64,000 nt of DNA from Patescibacteria group bacterium UBA6241. Its GTDB lineage: Bacteria; Patescibacteriota; Minisyncoccia; Phycocordibacterales; Phycocordibacteraceae. Within the stretch, counting starts at the first letter, position 1. Each line of letters opens with the position of its first letter. The DNA lies in assembly GCA_002441425.1 (NCBI GenBank), contig DJWB01000001.1, forward strand, positions 105,653 to 169,652, in the 5' to 3' direction. Of this stretch, positions 38,588-49,061 are shown in pieces. The position numbers and the translations under genes are program-made. The notes below the pieces were generated by a model, which was not told the origin of the DNA, did not search any database, and saw only the letters and a list, made by a program, of their open reading frames with translations.

Positions 38588-38935
38588 ATGTCCTACAAGT
38601 TAACGAAGTCTGCGGATCTTCCAAAGAAGGAGAAGTACGAAATGGAGATCCGTATCTTGCCTGAGATTGGGAATTGCAATGTCATTACCGCTGAAACAGA
38701 AACCGGACACAATCAGGAGTTTTATGACACTGAATCAACCTTCCACTACATCATAGTGAGCGGGTCCGGAAGCTTTTTCCTTGATGATAAGGAAGTCCCT
38801 GTTTCTGAAGGCGACTATCTTTCGATAGAACCAAAGACAAGAATCTATTACAAAGGCCGTATGCGTCTTGTGCTAATAACAAATCCTCCCTGGCGGCAGG
38901 AGAATGAGGTTGAGACAAGATCCAAGATTTGGTAA
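38588..38935 (+). CDS. cupin domain protein
   Basis: GHNQEFY...YIIVSGSG...GDYLSIEP. Confidence 0.75.
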   Translation: MSYKLTKSADLPKKEKYEMEIRILPEIGNCNVITAETETGHNQEFYDTESTFHYIIVSGSGSFFLDDKEVPVSEGDYLSIEPKTRIYYKGRMRLVLITNPPWRQENEVETRSKIW

Positions 38936-38942
38936 ACGGCGT

Positions 38943-39347
38943 ATGCAAAAACTACCCACAGAACTCGCTGCTCTACTAAGAAAGAATAAAGAGACTCAAG
39001 CAAGCTGGAGTTCACTTACTCCTATTGCCCAAAGAGATTTCATTACATGGATTAATTCTGCAAAGCAGGAGACAACTAGGATAAAGAGAGCTGAACGAGT
39101 TCCTGATATGTTGCGCTCAGGAAAGCGCCGCCCCTGCTGCTACGCAGTGGTGCCCATGGATCTTTATAGAGAACTAGGAGCAAATCCCAAGGCGAAAGCT
39201 ACATGGAAGACTCTCTCAGCCACAGAACGCAGAGACTTTAGCGATTGGGTAAGTACAGCTAGCAGTAAAGAGGATACCGAGCAAAGAGTTGAAAAAGTGA
39301 AGAAGCTTCTTATGCAAGGCAAAAAGAGCCTTGGAAGCAAGAAGTAG
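38943..39347 (+). CDS. YdeI/OmdA-family protein (two tandem domains)
   Basis: LP.EL..W.SLTP..RDFITWINSAKQETTR, repeated twice. Confidence 0.8.
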   Translation: MQKLPTELAALLRKNKETQASWSSLTPIAQRDFITWINSAKQETTRIKRAERVPDMLRSGKRRPCCYAVVPMDLYRELGANPKAKATWKTLSATERRDFSDWVSTASSKEDTEQRVEKVKKLLMQGKKSLGSKK

Positions 39348-39398
39348 CGCCTCTCAACAGACTCCTCATACCCACTTCACAAGGCGCATGAGATAGTT

Positions 39399-40061
39399 AT
39401 GAGACGTATGCAAACAAACCAAAGAAACATCCTGATTATAGGCGCTGTAGTTGCTGCTCTCATCCTTATCGGAGGGGGATGGTATCTAATTTCTAATGTA
39501 AACCCTCCTCCTTCAACAGATACCTCAACATTTAAGAGTAAGGCATTCTGGTTTGACTACCCAAGAATATTTGATGTACGTGAGTTTGAAACAGGTGCAG
39601 TACTCGTAGGCTCTCAAGAACGAAAGGAATTTGTCCCGTTGGTTCAAGTTATGGAGTACAAGAGTGATCCTGATTCACCACTACCCGCAAGCTACGAGGA
39701 GTTTGTAACGCAGCAAGCACTTGAACTTTGTGGGTCAGACAACTCGGAAGAGAGTGTTGAGTGTAGTACTCCTGTAGTTGAGCCGTTCACAAGCCTTAAT
39801 GCATTTGAGGGACTTAAAGTTACGCTTACTCTCACACGGACTAATCTAGAGACACAGGAATCTGTCGCATCAACCTTTGGTCCAATCTATGCATTTGATG
39901 TAACGAAGCCTGCAACAGCAGAGGATCCATTAAGATACACATCAATATTTGTGAACCCAACTCTTCAGGCAACTCTCTCAGGCACTGAAGTAACAGAGTT
40001 GCTTGATGCTGTTGTTGCAAGACTTGTTATAAGTAATGAAGACTCACAACTTCCACTCTAA
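39399..40061 (+). CDS. membrane-anchored hypothetical protein
   Basis: N-terminal TM, FWFDYP motif. Confidence 0.7.
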   Translation: MRRMQTNQRNILIIGAVVAALILIGGGWYLISNVNPPPSTDTSTFKSKAFWFDYPRIFDVREFETGAVLVGSQERKEFVPLVQVMEYKSDPDSPLPASYEEFVTQQALELCGSDNSEESVECSTPVVEPFTSLNAFEGLKVTLTLTRTNLETQESVASTFGPIYAFDVTKPATAEDPLRYTSIFVNPTLQATLSGTEVTELLDAVVARLVISNEDSQLPL

Positions 40062-40063
40062 CT

Positions 40064-40474
40064 ATGAAAGGATTCGTAACTAATATTGAGCACGAGACAG
40101 AGGAGAATAATAACTTTAGAAAGGTGCTCTACACTGCGCAGCATTGCCAGCTCGTTGTGATGTCAATTCCAGTATCAGAAGATATTGGAGCAGAAATACA
40201 CGATGTAGATCAGTTCATTCGTATTGAAGAAGGGGAAGGTACGAGCATACTAGACGGTGTTGAACGATCTCTCACCAAGGGCTCTGCGGTAGTTATTCCT
40301 GCAGGTGTACAGCACAACATCATAAATACTTCAGACACCAATGCACTCAAGCTATATAGCGTATATGCTCCCGCACATCATGAAGATGGAGTGATCCACA
40401 AAACAAAAGCTGAGGCACTTAAAGATGATGAACACTTTGACGGACACACTACTGATGCGCTAGAACAAGAGTAA
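40064..40474 (+). CDS. cupin domain protein
   Basis: [19 protein letters not shown]...[11 protein letters not shown]. Confidence 0.88.
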   Translation: MKGFVTNIEHETEENNNFRKVLYTAQHCQLVVMSIPVSEDIGAEIHDVDQFIRIEEGEGTSILDGVERSLTKGSAVVIPAGVQHNIINTSDTNALKLYSVYAPAHHEDGVIHKTKAEALKDDEHFDGHTTDALEQE

Positions 40475-40959
40475 TGACATCTAAAGCCATTCTTGCTGGA
40501 GGCTGTTTCTGGGGCCTTGAGGAGCTGTTTAGGAGCCGTACAGGGGTGCTTGCTACCGAAGCCGGCTATACCGGAGGAGAGAATGAGAACCCTACATATG
40601 AGAACCACCCAGGCCATGCAGAGGCTCTGGAAATTACGTATGACCCTGAGCAGACCTCTTTCATAGAACTTTTGGATTTCTTTTTCTGCGTACACAATCC
40701 AACGACACTAAATCAACAAGGAAATGACATGGGAACCTCATACCGGTCTGCTATTTTCTATCAGAACGAAAAGGAGAAGAGAGAGGCAGCTGAGTTTATA
40801 CAAAGAGTAGATAACTCAGGAAGATGGGAGGATCCTGTAGTTACTACATTGGAACCATTCACCAAGTTCTATCCTGCAGAAGAGCCTCACCAGGACTACC
40901 TACAAAAGAATCCAGGAGGCTATACCTGCCATGCAGTGTATTTTGATTCATACCTGTAA
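40474..40959 (+). CDS. msrA: peptide methionine sulfoxide reductase A
   Basis: [29 protein letters not shown]. Confidence 0.95.
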   Translation: MTSKAILAGGCFWGLEELFRSRTGVLATEAGYTGGENENPTYENHPGHAEALEITYDPEQTSFIELLDFFFCVHNPTTLNQQGNDMGTSYRSAIFYQNEKEKREAAEFIQRVDNSGRWEDPVVTTLEPFTKFYPAEEPHQDYLQKNPGGYTCHAVYFDSYL

Positions 40960-40962
40960 CGT

Positions 40963-42198
40963 ATGGCTATGTACGATGTAATTGTTATAGGAGGTGGAGC
41001 CTCAGGAATGATGGCTGCTGGACGCGCTGCTGAGCGCGGGAGGAAAGTACTTCTTATAGAGAAGCAGAGAAAGCTTGGAGAGAAGCTCCGTATAACAGGA
41101 GGAACCAGATGCAATATAACGAATGCTGAGGAGGACACAGGTGTACTTCTCAAAAAGTATGGAAGTGCTGCTGACTTCCTACACTCTCCTTTCTCCAAGT
41201 TCGGAGTGCAGGACACATTTAAATTCTTTGAAGAAAGAGGGCTTCCTTTAAAAGTAGAAGCGAACAAGCGTGCATTTCCAAAGACAGAGAAGGCAGAGGA
41301 TGTGTGTGCAGTACTGGAGAAATACTTGAAGGACACCTCCGTAGAAGTTAAGAGGGGTCTACCAGTTACCGCAATAGAAAAAACAAAGGAGGGAATCACG
41401 GGAGTTATTCTTGGAGGCACTACCTATACTGCTGAGTCATACATACTAGCAACGGGAGGAGTGTCTCATCCTGAAACTGGGTCAACGGGAGATGGGTTCG
41501 GGTGGTTAAAGCAGCTTGGACATACTGTGCAAGATCCAACACCAACTATTGTTCCTCTTCGCACAAAGGAGAAATGGTCCAAGCAACTCTCCGGAGTTTC
41601 TTTAAAGAACATAAAGATAACGTTCTTTGCTGGAGGGAAAAAAGGTTTCTCTAAAAAAGGAAACGTATTGCTTACGCACTTTGGAATTTCAGGACCACTC
41701 ATACTGAACAGTGCACACCAAGTAGCAGATTTGCTCCACGAGGAGCAAGTAACTGCAACGATTGATACGTATCCTGAAATGGACTTGGGAATTTTGGACA
41801 AACATATAAGTACTGTATTTGATGCACACAAAAACAAGCTCCTTAAGAACGTATTTAAGGAACTAGCACCAGAGGGAACTACAGACGTACTCCTCTCATT
41901 AGTGCCCTCCATTAGTCCTGAAACAAAAATTCATAGCGTTACGAAGGCAGAGCGAAGACAGCTCGCAGAACTATTAAAGGCTCTCCCTTTAACTATTACA
42001 GGTCTTATGGGGCTAGACCGAGCGGTTATTGCAGACGGCGGAGTTGATCTTGTTGAGATAGATACACGGACCATGAGATCACGCAGATGCAGTAATTTAT
42101 TTGTTACGGGGGACCTTCTCCATATCGTGCGCCCCTCAGGAGGATACTCACTGCAATTGTGCTGGACTACAGGGTATCTCGCAGGAAGCAGCGCGTAA
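40963..42198 (+). CDS. HI0933/BaiN family flavoprotein
   Basis: GGGASG, GGTRCNITN, ATGG.SHP.TGSTGDG, THFGISGP, GGYSLQ. Confidence 0.92.
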   Translation: MAMYDVIVIGGGASGMMAAGRAAERGRKVLLIEKQRKLGEKLRITGGTRCNITNAEEDTGVLLKKYGSAADFLHSPFSKFGVQDTFKFFEERGLPLKVEANKRAFPKTEKAEDVCAVLEKYLKDTSVEVKRGLPVTAIEKTKEGITGVILGGTTYTAESYILATGGVSHPETGSTGDGFGWLKQLGHTVQDPTPTIVPLRTKEKWSKQLSGVSLKNIKITFFAGGKKGFSKKGNVLLTHFGISGPLILNSAHQVADLLHEEQVTATIDTYPEMDLGILDKHISTVFDAHKNKLLKNVFKELAPEGTTDVLLSLVPSISPETKIHSVTKAERRQLAELLKALPLTITGLMGLDRAVIADGGVDLVEIDTRTMRSRRCSNLFVTGDLLHIVRPSGGYSLQLCWTTGYLAGSSA

Positions 42199-42230
42199 CT
42201 CTTATCAAGATGCCCTAAATGCGTTAGGGT

Positions 42231-43724
42231 ATGAGTGTGGCAAAGAACACCCCATCAGGAGGAGCCCCTCAAGGACCGCAGAATGCGGTTTTACGCTTTG
42301 AGGACCTCTCCTTTAATTACGGACATAATCACCCGATTCTGGACTCGGTAGACTTCTCTATACGCAGAGGAATGAAGATGACTCTCATGGGTCAAAACGG
42401 AGCGGGCAAAAGTACACTCTTTAAACTCATAACTGGAGCACTACAACCAGAGTCAGGAAAGATAGTAGCAGCACCAAAGCTAACCATCGCGCTTTCACAT
42501 CAAGTTGTTACCCCTGAAGAGAGGGAACTAACCGTGCGTGCTTTCTTTGAAAAGCGTTTTGCTGAAAAGGTGTACGACATAGATCCGCGCATTGAATCTA
42601 TTCTGGAGGTTGTAAATTTACATGCACCATTAGATCGCATCGTTAAATCTTTCTCAGGAGGACAGCAAGCTCGCTTGCTCCTTGCTTCAGCCCTCATTCA
42701 AGACCCAGACCTCCTGCTTTTAGACGAGCCAACCAACAACCTAGACACTGCTGGAATTGAACACCTTACGGAATTTCTCAAAGACTACAAAAAGACCTGT
42801 ATCGTTATTTCCCACGATGCAGAATTCCTGAACTCATTCACACAGGGAGTGTTGTACTTAGATGTACACACAAGAAAGCTTGAGCAGTACACAGGAAACT
42901 ACTTTGATCTCCTCAAGGAAATATCTGCTCGTATTGAGCGAGAGAATCGCAAGAATGCACAGCTTGCTAAGAAGATTCAGGACAACAAAGACAAAGCTAA
43001 CTTCTTTGCGCAAAAGGGAGGGAAAATGCGTGTAGTTGCAAAGAAGATGCGTACGGAAATTGAGGAGATGGAGGAAGAGAAAGTTGATGTGCGTAAGGAA
43101 GACAAAACAATTCGTCCGTTCGTTATCCCAGTACAAGATATTGGGGGAGAAATTCTCACGATCTCTTCGGTTTCAACAATGGATCCAAAGAAGCACACCC
43201 CAAAGATTAAGAAGGTGTCCATTGTTCTTAAGAAGAGAATGCATCTTCAGCTAAAGGGTCCAAACGGAATTGGCAAAACAACTCTTCTGGAGTCTCTCGC
43301 AAATGGCACTACTGAAGGAGCACAGATTGCAGCTGGAGTTCGTGTTGGATATTACCGACAGGACTTCTCAACACTTAACTTTGAACACACGGTACGCCAG
43401 TCTCTTATGGCCATCATGGATAAGCCAAATGAGGAGAAGATGCGTGCTACTGCCGCAAGCTTCCTTCTTACCTCCGAGCACATAGATAAGAAGATTGGAG
43501 GATTGTCTGAAGGGCAAAAAGGATTGGTTGCGTTTGCACGACTCGTTCTTATGCAGCCTGGTCTTCTTATTCTAGACGAGCCTACAAACCACATTAACTT
43601 CAGACACATCCCAGTTATTGCAAAAGCACTAGATAGTTATGAGGGAGCAATGGTGCTGGTGAGTCACGTGCCAGAGTTTGTTGAGCAGATACGCATTGAT
43701 GAGGTCTTAGACCTAGAGAAGTAG
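42231..43724 (+). CDS. ABC-F family ATPase
   Basis: Two NBDs (GQNGAGKS, GPNGIGKT), LDEPTN twice, no TM domain. Confidence 0.92.
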   Translation: MSVAKNTPSGGAPQGPQNAVLRFEDLSFNYGHNHPILDSVDFSIRRGMKMTLMGQNGAGKSTLFKLITGALQPESGKIVAAPKLTIALSHQVVTPEERELTVRAFFEKRFAEKVYDIDPRIESILEVVNLHAPLDRIVKSFSGGQQARLLLASALIQDPDLLLLDEPTNNLDTAGIEHLTEFLKDYKKTCIVISHDAEFLNSFTQGVLYLDVHTRKLEQYTGNYFDLLKEISARIERENRKNAQLAKKIQDNKDKANFFAQKGGKMRVVAKKMRTEIEEMEEEKVDVRKEDKTIRPFVIPVQDIGGEILTISSVSTMDPKKHTPKIKKVSIVLKKRMHLQLKGPNGIGKTTLLESLANGTTEGAQIAAGVRVGYYRQDFSTLNFEHTVRQSLMAIMDKPNEEKMRATAASFLLTSEHIDKKIGGLSEGQKGLVAFARLVLMQPGLLILDEPTNHINFRHIPVIAKALDSYEGAMVLVSHVPEFVEQIRIDEVLDLEK

Positions 43725-43730
43725 TCTCAT

Positions 43731-43973
43731 ATGAAATGGCACGTATACATGCTTACGTGCGCTGACGGGACTTTGTATACAGGTATCACTACTGATACAG
43801 ATCGCAGAATCAAAGAGCATAATCAGAGTCAAAAGGGAGCAAAGTATACGCATGCAAGGCGACCTGTTACGCTCACATACTCCGAATCATACGAAACTAG
43901 GAGCGAAGCATCCAAAAGGGAGGCTGCACTAAAAAAGCTGTCACGAGAGGAAAAACTGAAGCTTGCTGGTTAG
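43731..43973 (+). CDS. GIY-YIG nuclease family (UPF0213)
   Basis: VYML.C.DGTLYTGIT, GAKYT. Confidence 0.9.
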   Translation: MKWHVYMLTCADGTLYTGITTDTDRRIKEHNQSQKGAKYTHARRPVTLTYSESYETRSEASKREAALKKLSREEKLKLAG

Positions 43974-44053
43974 TATTGTGCACTGTACCCAGTTGTCAGC
44001 TTCATGAAGCGGGCTACTATTATCTATACGTTATTCATCACAAACGATTATCT

Positions 44054-44476
44054 ATGCGTTCATTCTTAATTGGTACATATCCTGCGCAGCTCCAGAGCTT
44101 CGCTCCTCTTGTACTGCGTGTTGTTGTTGGACTTGTGTTCGCGCTTCACGGGTACCAGAAGTTAGAGATGGGGATTCCTGGTGTTGCAGGATTCCTTACG
44201 GGTCTTGGCTTCCCAATGCCTGAGCTGTTCGCAGTACTCTTGATTGCAGCTGAACTGCTCGGAGGTATCTTGCTTATTCTTGGTCTGTTCACGTACTGGA
44301 ACACCCGTATCCTCGGTATCGTTGCAGTTGTAGCACTCCTAACCGTGCATGTAACAAAGGGATTCTTTCTTGCGAGCGGAGGGTATGAATATATTCTGCT
44401 CATCCTTGCCGCAACGATCTCTCTTATGATCACTGGTCCAGGAAAATGGTCTCTGGATAAAATGATGTGGAAGTAA
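44054..44476 (+). CDS. DoxX family membrane protein
   Basis: LRVVVG..F.LHGYQK, GGYEY, GPGKWSLD. Confidence 0.9.
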   Translation: MRSFLIGTYPAQLQSFAPLVLRVVVGLVFALHGYQKLEMGIPGVAGFLTGLGFPMPELFAVLLIAAELLGGILLILGLFTYWNTRILGIVAVVALLTVHVTKGFFLASGGYEYILLILAATISLMITGPGKWSLDKMMWK

Positions 44477-44490
44477 CACCATCATGACTT

Positions 44491-44525
44491 CATGAAGAAA
44501 GGACCGCACGGGTCCTTTCTTCATG
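44491..44525. terminator. intrinsic terminator hairpin
   Basis: catgaagaaaggacc-gcacg-ggtcctttcttcatg perfect 15-bp stem. Confidence 0.8.
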
Positions 44526-44606
44526 TAAGAGCGAACACACTCCATCGTCTACTTTTGTAACTGCCTGCTCAATTACATACGGCAGCACTCACACAAAACT
44601 ACACAC

Positions 44607-45308
44607 ATGAGTACATTCACACACCCGGCACGGGCGCTGGTTTTTCTAGCGCTCATTATGCTGCCACTTATACCGCTTCAAGCTGATGCGGCTACAAGAA
44701 CATATAGATTTAACAGAGAAGTTTCCTCACAAGAAGGAAGTACTTATTCACAGAGATATTCTTCAAGGGATCGTTATTCAAGTGCCATACAAAGAGAAAT
44801 TAAAAAACTTGATGACGATATAGTTGAGGATCTTCCGATTCCTATTGTGCTCGGGCTTTCACGAAACCAGATTAGTTCTGACTTTGGAGATGCTCGGGAC
44901 GGCGGAGCACGCTCACATGAAGGACAAGACCTTATTGCACCTCGTGGAGCATTTATCGCTTCGCCTACAGATGCTGTTGTAACTAAGACCGGAGAAGGAG
45001 GAAGTGCGGGTGTATACGTCTACACTGCAAATCCAGGCGGAGAAACCTTCGTATATATGCACCTGGATAGCATTGCAGACGGAGTTAAGGCAGGAACTGT
45101 GCTTGAGGCCGGAGACCTTATTGGATATGTAGGCGACTCAGGAAATGCAAAAGGGGGAGTCCCGCACCTTCACTTTGAGATTCGTGAAGGAAGAGAGGCA
45201 ATAGACCCGTATCCTCGTCTCACAGAAGAGTTCACGCTTGAACAAAAGATCAGCGTACTTAAGAAAATACTTGCAGAGCTACTAGATAGGCAAAAGAAAC
45301 TTAGTTAA
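44607..45308 (+). CDS. M23 family metallopeptidase
   Basis: HEGQD, YMHL, PHLHFEI; signal peptide. Confidence 0.9.
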   Translation: MSTFTHPARALVFLALIMLPLIPLQADAATRTYRFNREVSSQEGSTYSQRYSSRDRYSSAIQREIKKLDDDIVEDLPIPIVLGLSRNQISSDFGDARDGGARSHEGQDLIAPRGAFIASPTDAVVTKTGEGGSAGVYVYTANPGGETFVYMHLDSIADGVKAGTVLEAGDLIGYVGDSGNAKGGVPHLHFEIREGREAIDPYPRLTEEFTLEQKISVLKKILAELLDRQKKLS

Positions 45309-45735
45309 CTTTCTGAACCCGCCATGTCCCGGCGGGTTCTTTGATATAGAGCATATGCACAGGCTCATCCCACGTGTTACGCACGAGGGGTGTGCTTGTA
45401 TAGTTTTCTTCTTTGCACACACCTATACGCACCCACTCATCAGGGAGGACAGAGAGGAACCGATCGTACCACCCATGTCCGCGTCCATGTCTGGTTCCAA
45501 AAGCATCAAATGCTTGACCAGGCACAAGTACGCCTAACTTCTTTCCCTGAAATTTCTTTGCAAGGTCATGAGCGAAAGAAAAGGGATCAGTATTCTTATC
45601 CTTAGAAACAGTATCTAGTATAGAAAGAGCACGTAGCTCTGAAATCTCCTTCCAGTCTGCCTCAGAAGGGTATGGTTCGTATGCAACAAGTCCATCCAAG
45701 ATACTAAGCATGTTCCATGTGCATAAGTACTTCAC
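45301..45735 (-). CDS. 5-formyltetrahydrofolate cyclo-ligase-like (short)
   Basis: VPGQAFD..GTRHGRGHGWYDRFL, WDEPV. Confidence 0.75.
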   Translation of the reverse strand: MKYLCTWNMLSILDGLVAYEPYPSEADWKEISELRALSILDTVSKDKNTDPFSFAHDLAKKFQGKKLGVLVPGQAFDAFGTRHGRGHGWYDRFLSVLPDEWVRIGVCKEENYTSTPLVRNTWDEPVHMLYIKEPAGTWRVQKVN

Positions 45736-46708
45736 GGTATAGCGCTTCTACAATCTTCTCCTGAGCAGCTCCGCTCTTAACGTAGTGATCAAGACCAGGA
45801 GCTGAGTTAATCTCAAGCACCCAGTACTTTTTAGGCTCCTCTGAGATATTCCCTTCAATCATAAAATCTACTCCGCACAGACGCAGGCCCATATAGGAAG
45901 TGATGGTGCGCGCAATATCCTTGAATGCAGGATGCATTGAGTCAGTCACGTCCACTGAATCTCCTCCTGTTGAGAGATTTGCGTTATCACGCAGGAATAC
46001 CTGTTCGCCTTTAGCGAGGATAGATTCAAAATCGTACCCCTTCTTCTTAAGAGCACGTAGAAGCGCAGCATCTTCAAAATTAATACGCGTATCTCTTCCT
46101 GCGCGTATAAATAACTTTTGCTTTCTTGTGAGCAGAGTATGTATAGTGCTTCGTCCGTCCCCAGTAACATTTAGAGGAATACGTTCATACGCGGATATAA
46201 CGTTTCCGTCCAAAACAACAACACGATAATCCTTTCCAACGATTCTTTTCTGAACAAGCGCAACACGATCTACTTTGTAGATTTCTCGCATCGCTGCGTA
46301 AAACTCTTTCTTGGTATGCACTAGGGTAACGAGCATTCCCTGACTCCCTGAGTTTGGCTTAACAATTACAGGGAAGCCTAGAGAACACGCATATGCATAT
46401 GCCGCATCAATATTCTGTGTTGAACTAATCGCTTCGCTCCAAGAATTTGAAAAGAATGGCTTGCCTGCAGGAATAGGAAATCCTCCTTGCTTCAGGAAGA
46501 AAGCCGCAAAGTCTTTATCCTTAGAGATCTCTGAAGCTCCCAAGGTATTGATATCAAGCGTGTTGTATCTAAAATATCTCCGTCTGCCATTTTTGAAGGT
46601 TATCTGGCCTGCAAATCCCCATTTAGGTTCAAGAAGCACAGATGCTCCAATTTCAGGGGCAAGACGCAGCAGTAGCTGGCCAAGATACGGCTTTGGATGC
46701 TTCTTCAT
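45704..46708 (-). CDS. ATP-grasp ligase (cyanophycin synthetase N-domain-like)
   Basis: VIVKP, DYRVVV, GDG.STI, ANLSTGG, GVD, EINSAPG. Confidence 0.85.
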   Translation of the reverse strand: MKKHPKPYLGQLLLRLAPEIGASVLLEPKWGFAGQITFKNGRRRYFRYNTLDINTLGASEISKDKDFAAFFLKQGGFPIPAGKPFFSNSWSEAISSTQNIDAAYAYACSLGFPVIVKPNSGSQGMLVTLVHTKKEFYAAMREIYKVDRVALVQKRIVGKDYRVVVLDGNVISAYERIPLNVTGDGRSTIHTLLTRKQKLFIRAGRDTRINFEDAALLRALKKKGYDFESILAKGEQVFLRDNANLSTGGDSVDVTDSMHPAFKDIARTITSYMGLRLCGVDFMIEGNISEEPKKYWVLEINSAPGLDHYVKSGAAQEKIVEALYREVLMHMEHA

Positions 46709-46763
46709 GGGTGCATAGTATCTGGCTTTTACCCCTCAGGAAAGCAGGGTATCCTAAAGGTAT

Positions 46764-47072
46764 ATGGCGTCACCCTTCACAGAAACTGTATACAAAGCAA
46801 CGAGACAAATTCCAAAGGGTAAGGTTGCAACGTATGCGCAGCTTGCGCGCATGTGTGGGAACCCAAAGGCAGCAAGAGCTGTAGGTGCTGCAATGCGCAC
46901 TAATCCTGATATTCCTAAAACGCCCTGTCACAGAGTTGTTGCCTCGGATGGGTCGCTAACTGGGTACAGTGCAGGATTTGGAATTAAGACAAAGCGAGAG
47001 ATGCTGCTCGCTGAAGGAGTCTCCTTTAAGGGAACTAAGGTTAATTTGGCTGTATCTCAGTGGCAGAAGTAG
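46764..47072 (+). CDS. methylated-DNA-protein-cysteine methyltransferase (MGMT) domain
   Basis: IPKGKVATY, ARAVG, PCHRVV. Confidence 0.9.
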   Translation: MASPFTETVYKATRQIPKGKVATYAQLARMCGNPKAARAVGAAMRTNPDIPKTPCHRVVASDGSLTGYSAGFGIKTKREMLLAEGVSFKGTKVNLAVSQWQK

Positions 47073-47847
47073 TATCCGCTCCAAGTCCAAGCAATCGTAA
47101 GAAGGTAGTCAGCTCTTTTCCTTCAATCTGACGGTATCCGCCAGATTTAACCGGCCCCATCTTAATGTTCATAATGCCAATACGCTTTAGGTCTGTAACT
47201 TCGTTAAAGAGGGCAACAACCATTCGTCTAATCTGGTGCGTCTTTCCTTCAGTGAGTGTTATGCGGAAGCGATTCTCTCCCAGAACCTCAACGTTCGCAG
47301 GCTTAGTAACGTAGCCTTCAATTGAAACTCCTGCTTCCATTTTCTCCTTAAAGCTCGTGCGTAGAGGAAGCTTTGTGCGAACCTCATAGGTTTTTTCGTG
47401 CGCGTGTTTTGGGTTTAGGAGTCGGTCTGTAATTCTCCCATCATTCGTTATGAGGAGAAGTCCGTGCGAAGCCTTATCCAGTCTGCCAACAGGAAAAGGA
47501 GAGAGTCTCTTTAGGTCTGCAGGAAGACTGTCTAGAACATTCTTTTCTCCCGTTGCCTCGCGGTGTGTATCCATTCCCGCAGGTTTGTTAAAGGCCAAAT
47601 ATATATATGCCTTAGGTCTTCCGTGTCCGCGAACCTCAACGGTGTCCATCTCGCGCACTTTGTCTCCTAGCTGCGCTACCGTGCCGTTCACATACACTTT
47701 CTTCTTCTCAATAAGAAGATCTGCATCCCGCCTCGTTGCGTGCCCCTTGAGCGCGAGATACTTGTTCAGACGCATAGGGTACAGAGATCCTGTTGGTGCA
47801 GGAGTTGGAACTGGACGTGCACGCTTCTTTGGAGATGGTCTTTTCAT
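47041..47847 (-). CDS. rRNA pseudouridine synthase (RsuA/RluB/RluF family)
   Basis: S4 domain RLNKYLA; VGRLDK; EGKTHQIRRM. Confidence 0.92.
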   Translation of the reverse strand: MKRPSPKKRARPVPTPAPTGSLYPMRLNKYLALKGHATRRDADLLIEKKKVYVNGTVAQLGDKVREMDTVEVRGHGRPKAYIYLAFNKPAGMDTHREATGEKNVLDSLPADLKRLSPFPVGRLDKASHGLLLITNDGRITDRLLNPKHAHEKTYEVRTKLPLRTSFKEKMEAGVSIEGYVTKPANVEVLGENRFRITLTEGKTHQIRRMVVALFNEVTDLKRIGIMNIKMGPVKSGGYRQIEGKELTTFLRLLGLGADTTSATEIQPN

Positions 47848-47890
47848 GCGTATACGATAGCGCACATGAGAGAGTTGGTATACTTACCGT

Positions 47891-48130
47891 ATGGAACACA
47901 AGTCCTTAAAGGGAATCTACACACACTTCAAAGACTCCGCTAAAGAGTATGAAGTGCTCGGCACTGCACTTCATACAGAGACTGAGGAAATCATGGTGGT
48001 GTACAGGCCGCTCTATGAAGGAGCAATTGCGGAGCTATTTGTGCGACCAGTGTCCATGTTCCTGGAACAGGTTGAGAAACCCGAGCTCGGGTACTCTGGC
48101 CCTCGCTTCATACGCGTTCGTGACGCGTAA
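47891..48130 (+). CDS. DUF1653 family protein
   Basis: GIYTHFK, HTET.E.MVVY, FVRP..MF, RF. Confidence 0.85.
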   Translation: MEHKSLKGIYTHFKDSAKEYEVLGTALHTETEEIMVVYRPLYEGAIAELFVRPVSMFLEQVEKPELGYSGPRFIRVRDA

Positions 48131-48183
48131 ATCCCCATCCACAGGTGGCGCTTTTTGAGGGGCAGGCTACCATACACATACGG

Positions 48184-48474
48184 ATGGATGACTTCCTCAA
48201 GATGGATATCTTTTTTGTCGTAGCGACTGCTGCGGCTATTATTCTGTCTGTCCTCTTGGTGCTAGTGCTCATCCGGGTGTTGCGCGTTCTTAAGAACATA
48301 GAGGAAGTCACCGACATTGTTGTTGAGGAAAGCGAGCAAATCCGAGATGATATCCGGGAAGTGCGTGAGCGGGTTAAGAAAGAAGGTCATCGGTTTGGAC
48401 AGCTTCTGTCTCTTATTGGTGGCTTCGCAAAGCCTAAGCGTCGTACGAGAAAGGCAACATCTAACAAAGAGTAA
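48184..48474 (+). CDS. membrane-anchored hypothetical protein
   Basis: TM helix followed by coiled coil. Confidence 0.65.
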   Translation: MDDFLKMDIFFVVATAAAIILSVLLVLVLIRVLRVLKNIEEVTDIVVEESEQIRDDIREVRERVKKEGHRFGQLLSLIGGFAKPKRRTRKATSNKE

Positions 48475-48483
48475 TTTCACATC

Positions 48484-48930
48484 ATGGCAACGAAAAAAGC
48501 GGGAGCAAAGAAGGCAACAGGAAAAAAGAAGATGACACGGCTTGAGGCTGTAGAAATTGGAGCAGGAGTACTTGCTGCAGTAGCCGCAGCTGGTGCAGCA
48601 GGATATTACTTCTACGGAACTAAGAATGCCAAGAAGCATCGTCAGGCAACAGCAAAATGGGCAACAGGTCTAAAGAAAGATGTAATTAAGGAAGCAAAGA
48701 AAATTAAGAAGCTAGACGAGGCTGCGCTTGCATCAATCGTTGATAATGCAGCAAAGGCATACAAAGGAATGCAAGAGGTAACTCCTGCAGAGCTTAAAGC
48801 AGCAGTAGCTGAACTTAAGGGCAACTGGACAAAGCTTAAGAAAGAGATGGCGCCAAGTCCTGCAGCTAAAAAAGCTGTGAAGAAAGTGGTAAAGAAGACT
48901 GTTAAGAAGGCAACAAAGAAGTCTAAGTAA
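48484..48930 (+). CDS. Lys/Ala-rich hypothetical protein
   Basis: AAGAAGYYFYG hydrophobic segment, histone H1-like KKAVKK tail. Confidence 0.75.
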   Translation: MATKKAGAKKATGKKKMTRLEAVEIGAGVLAAVAAAGAAGYYFYGTKNAKKHRQATAKWATGLKKDVIKEAKKIKKLDEAALASIVDNAAKAYKGMQEVTPAELKAAVAELKGNWTKLKKEMAPSPAAKKAVKKVVKKTVKKATKKSK

Positions 48931-48940
48931 TAGACGAAAT

Positions 48941-48972
48941 GCTAAAACCGCACGATCTTCGTGCGGTTTTAG
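48941..48972 (+). terminator. intrinsic terminator
   Basis: ctaaaaccgcacg-atctt-cgtgcggttttag. Confidence 0.8.
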
Positions 48973-49061
48973 TATTTCTGCGTAGCTTCATGTCTACTTC
49001 CATGACATTATCTATGAACATGTGTGCTGATAAGAGTTAGCGCTCCAGTACGTCATTATCT

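Noticed and set aside
45704-46708. Cyanophycin synthesis pathway
   Set aside because: Only the ATP-grasp half is present, with no Mur-ligase domain; product cannot be assigned.
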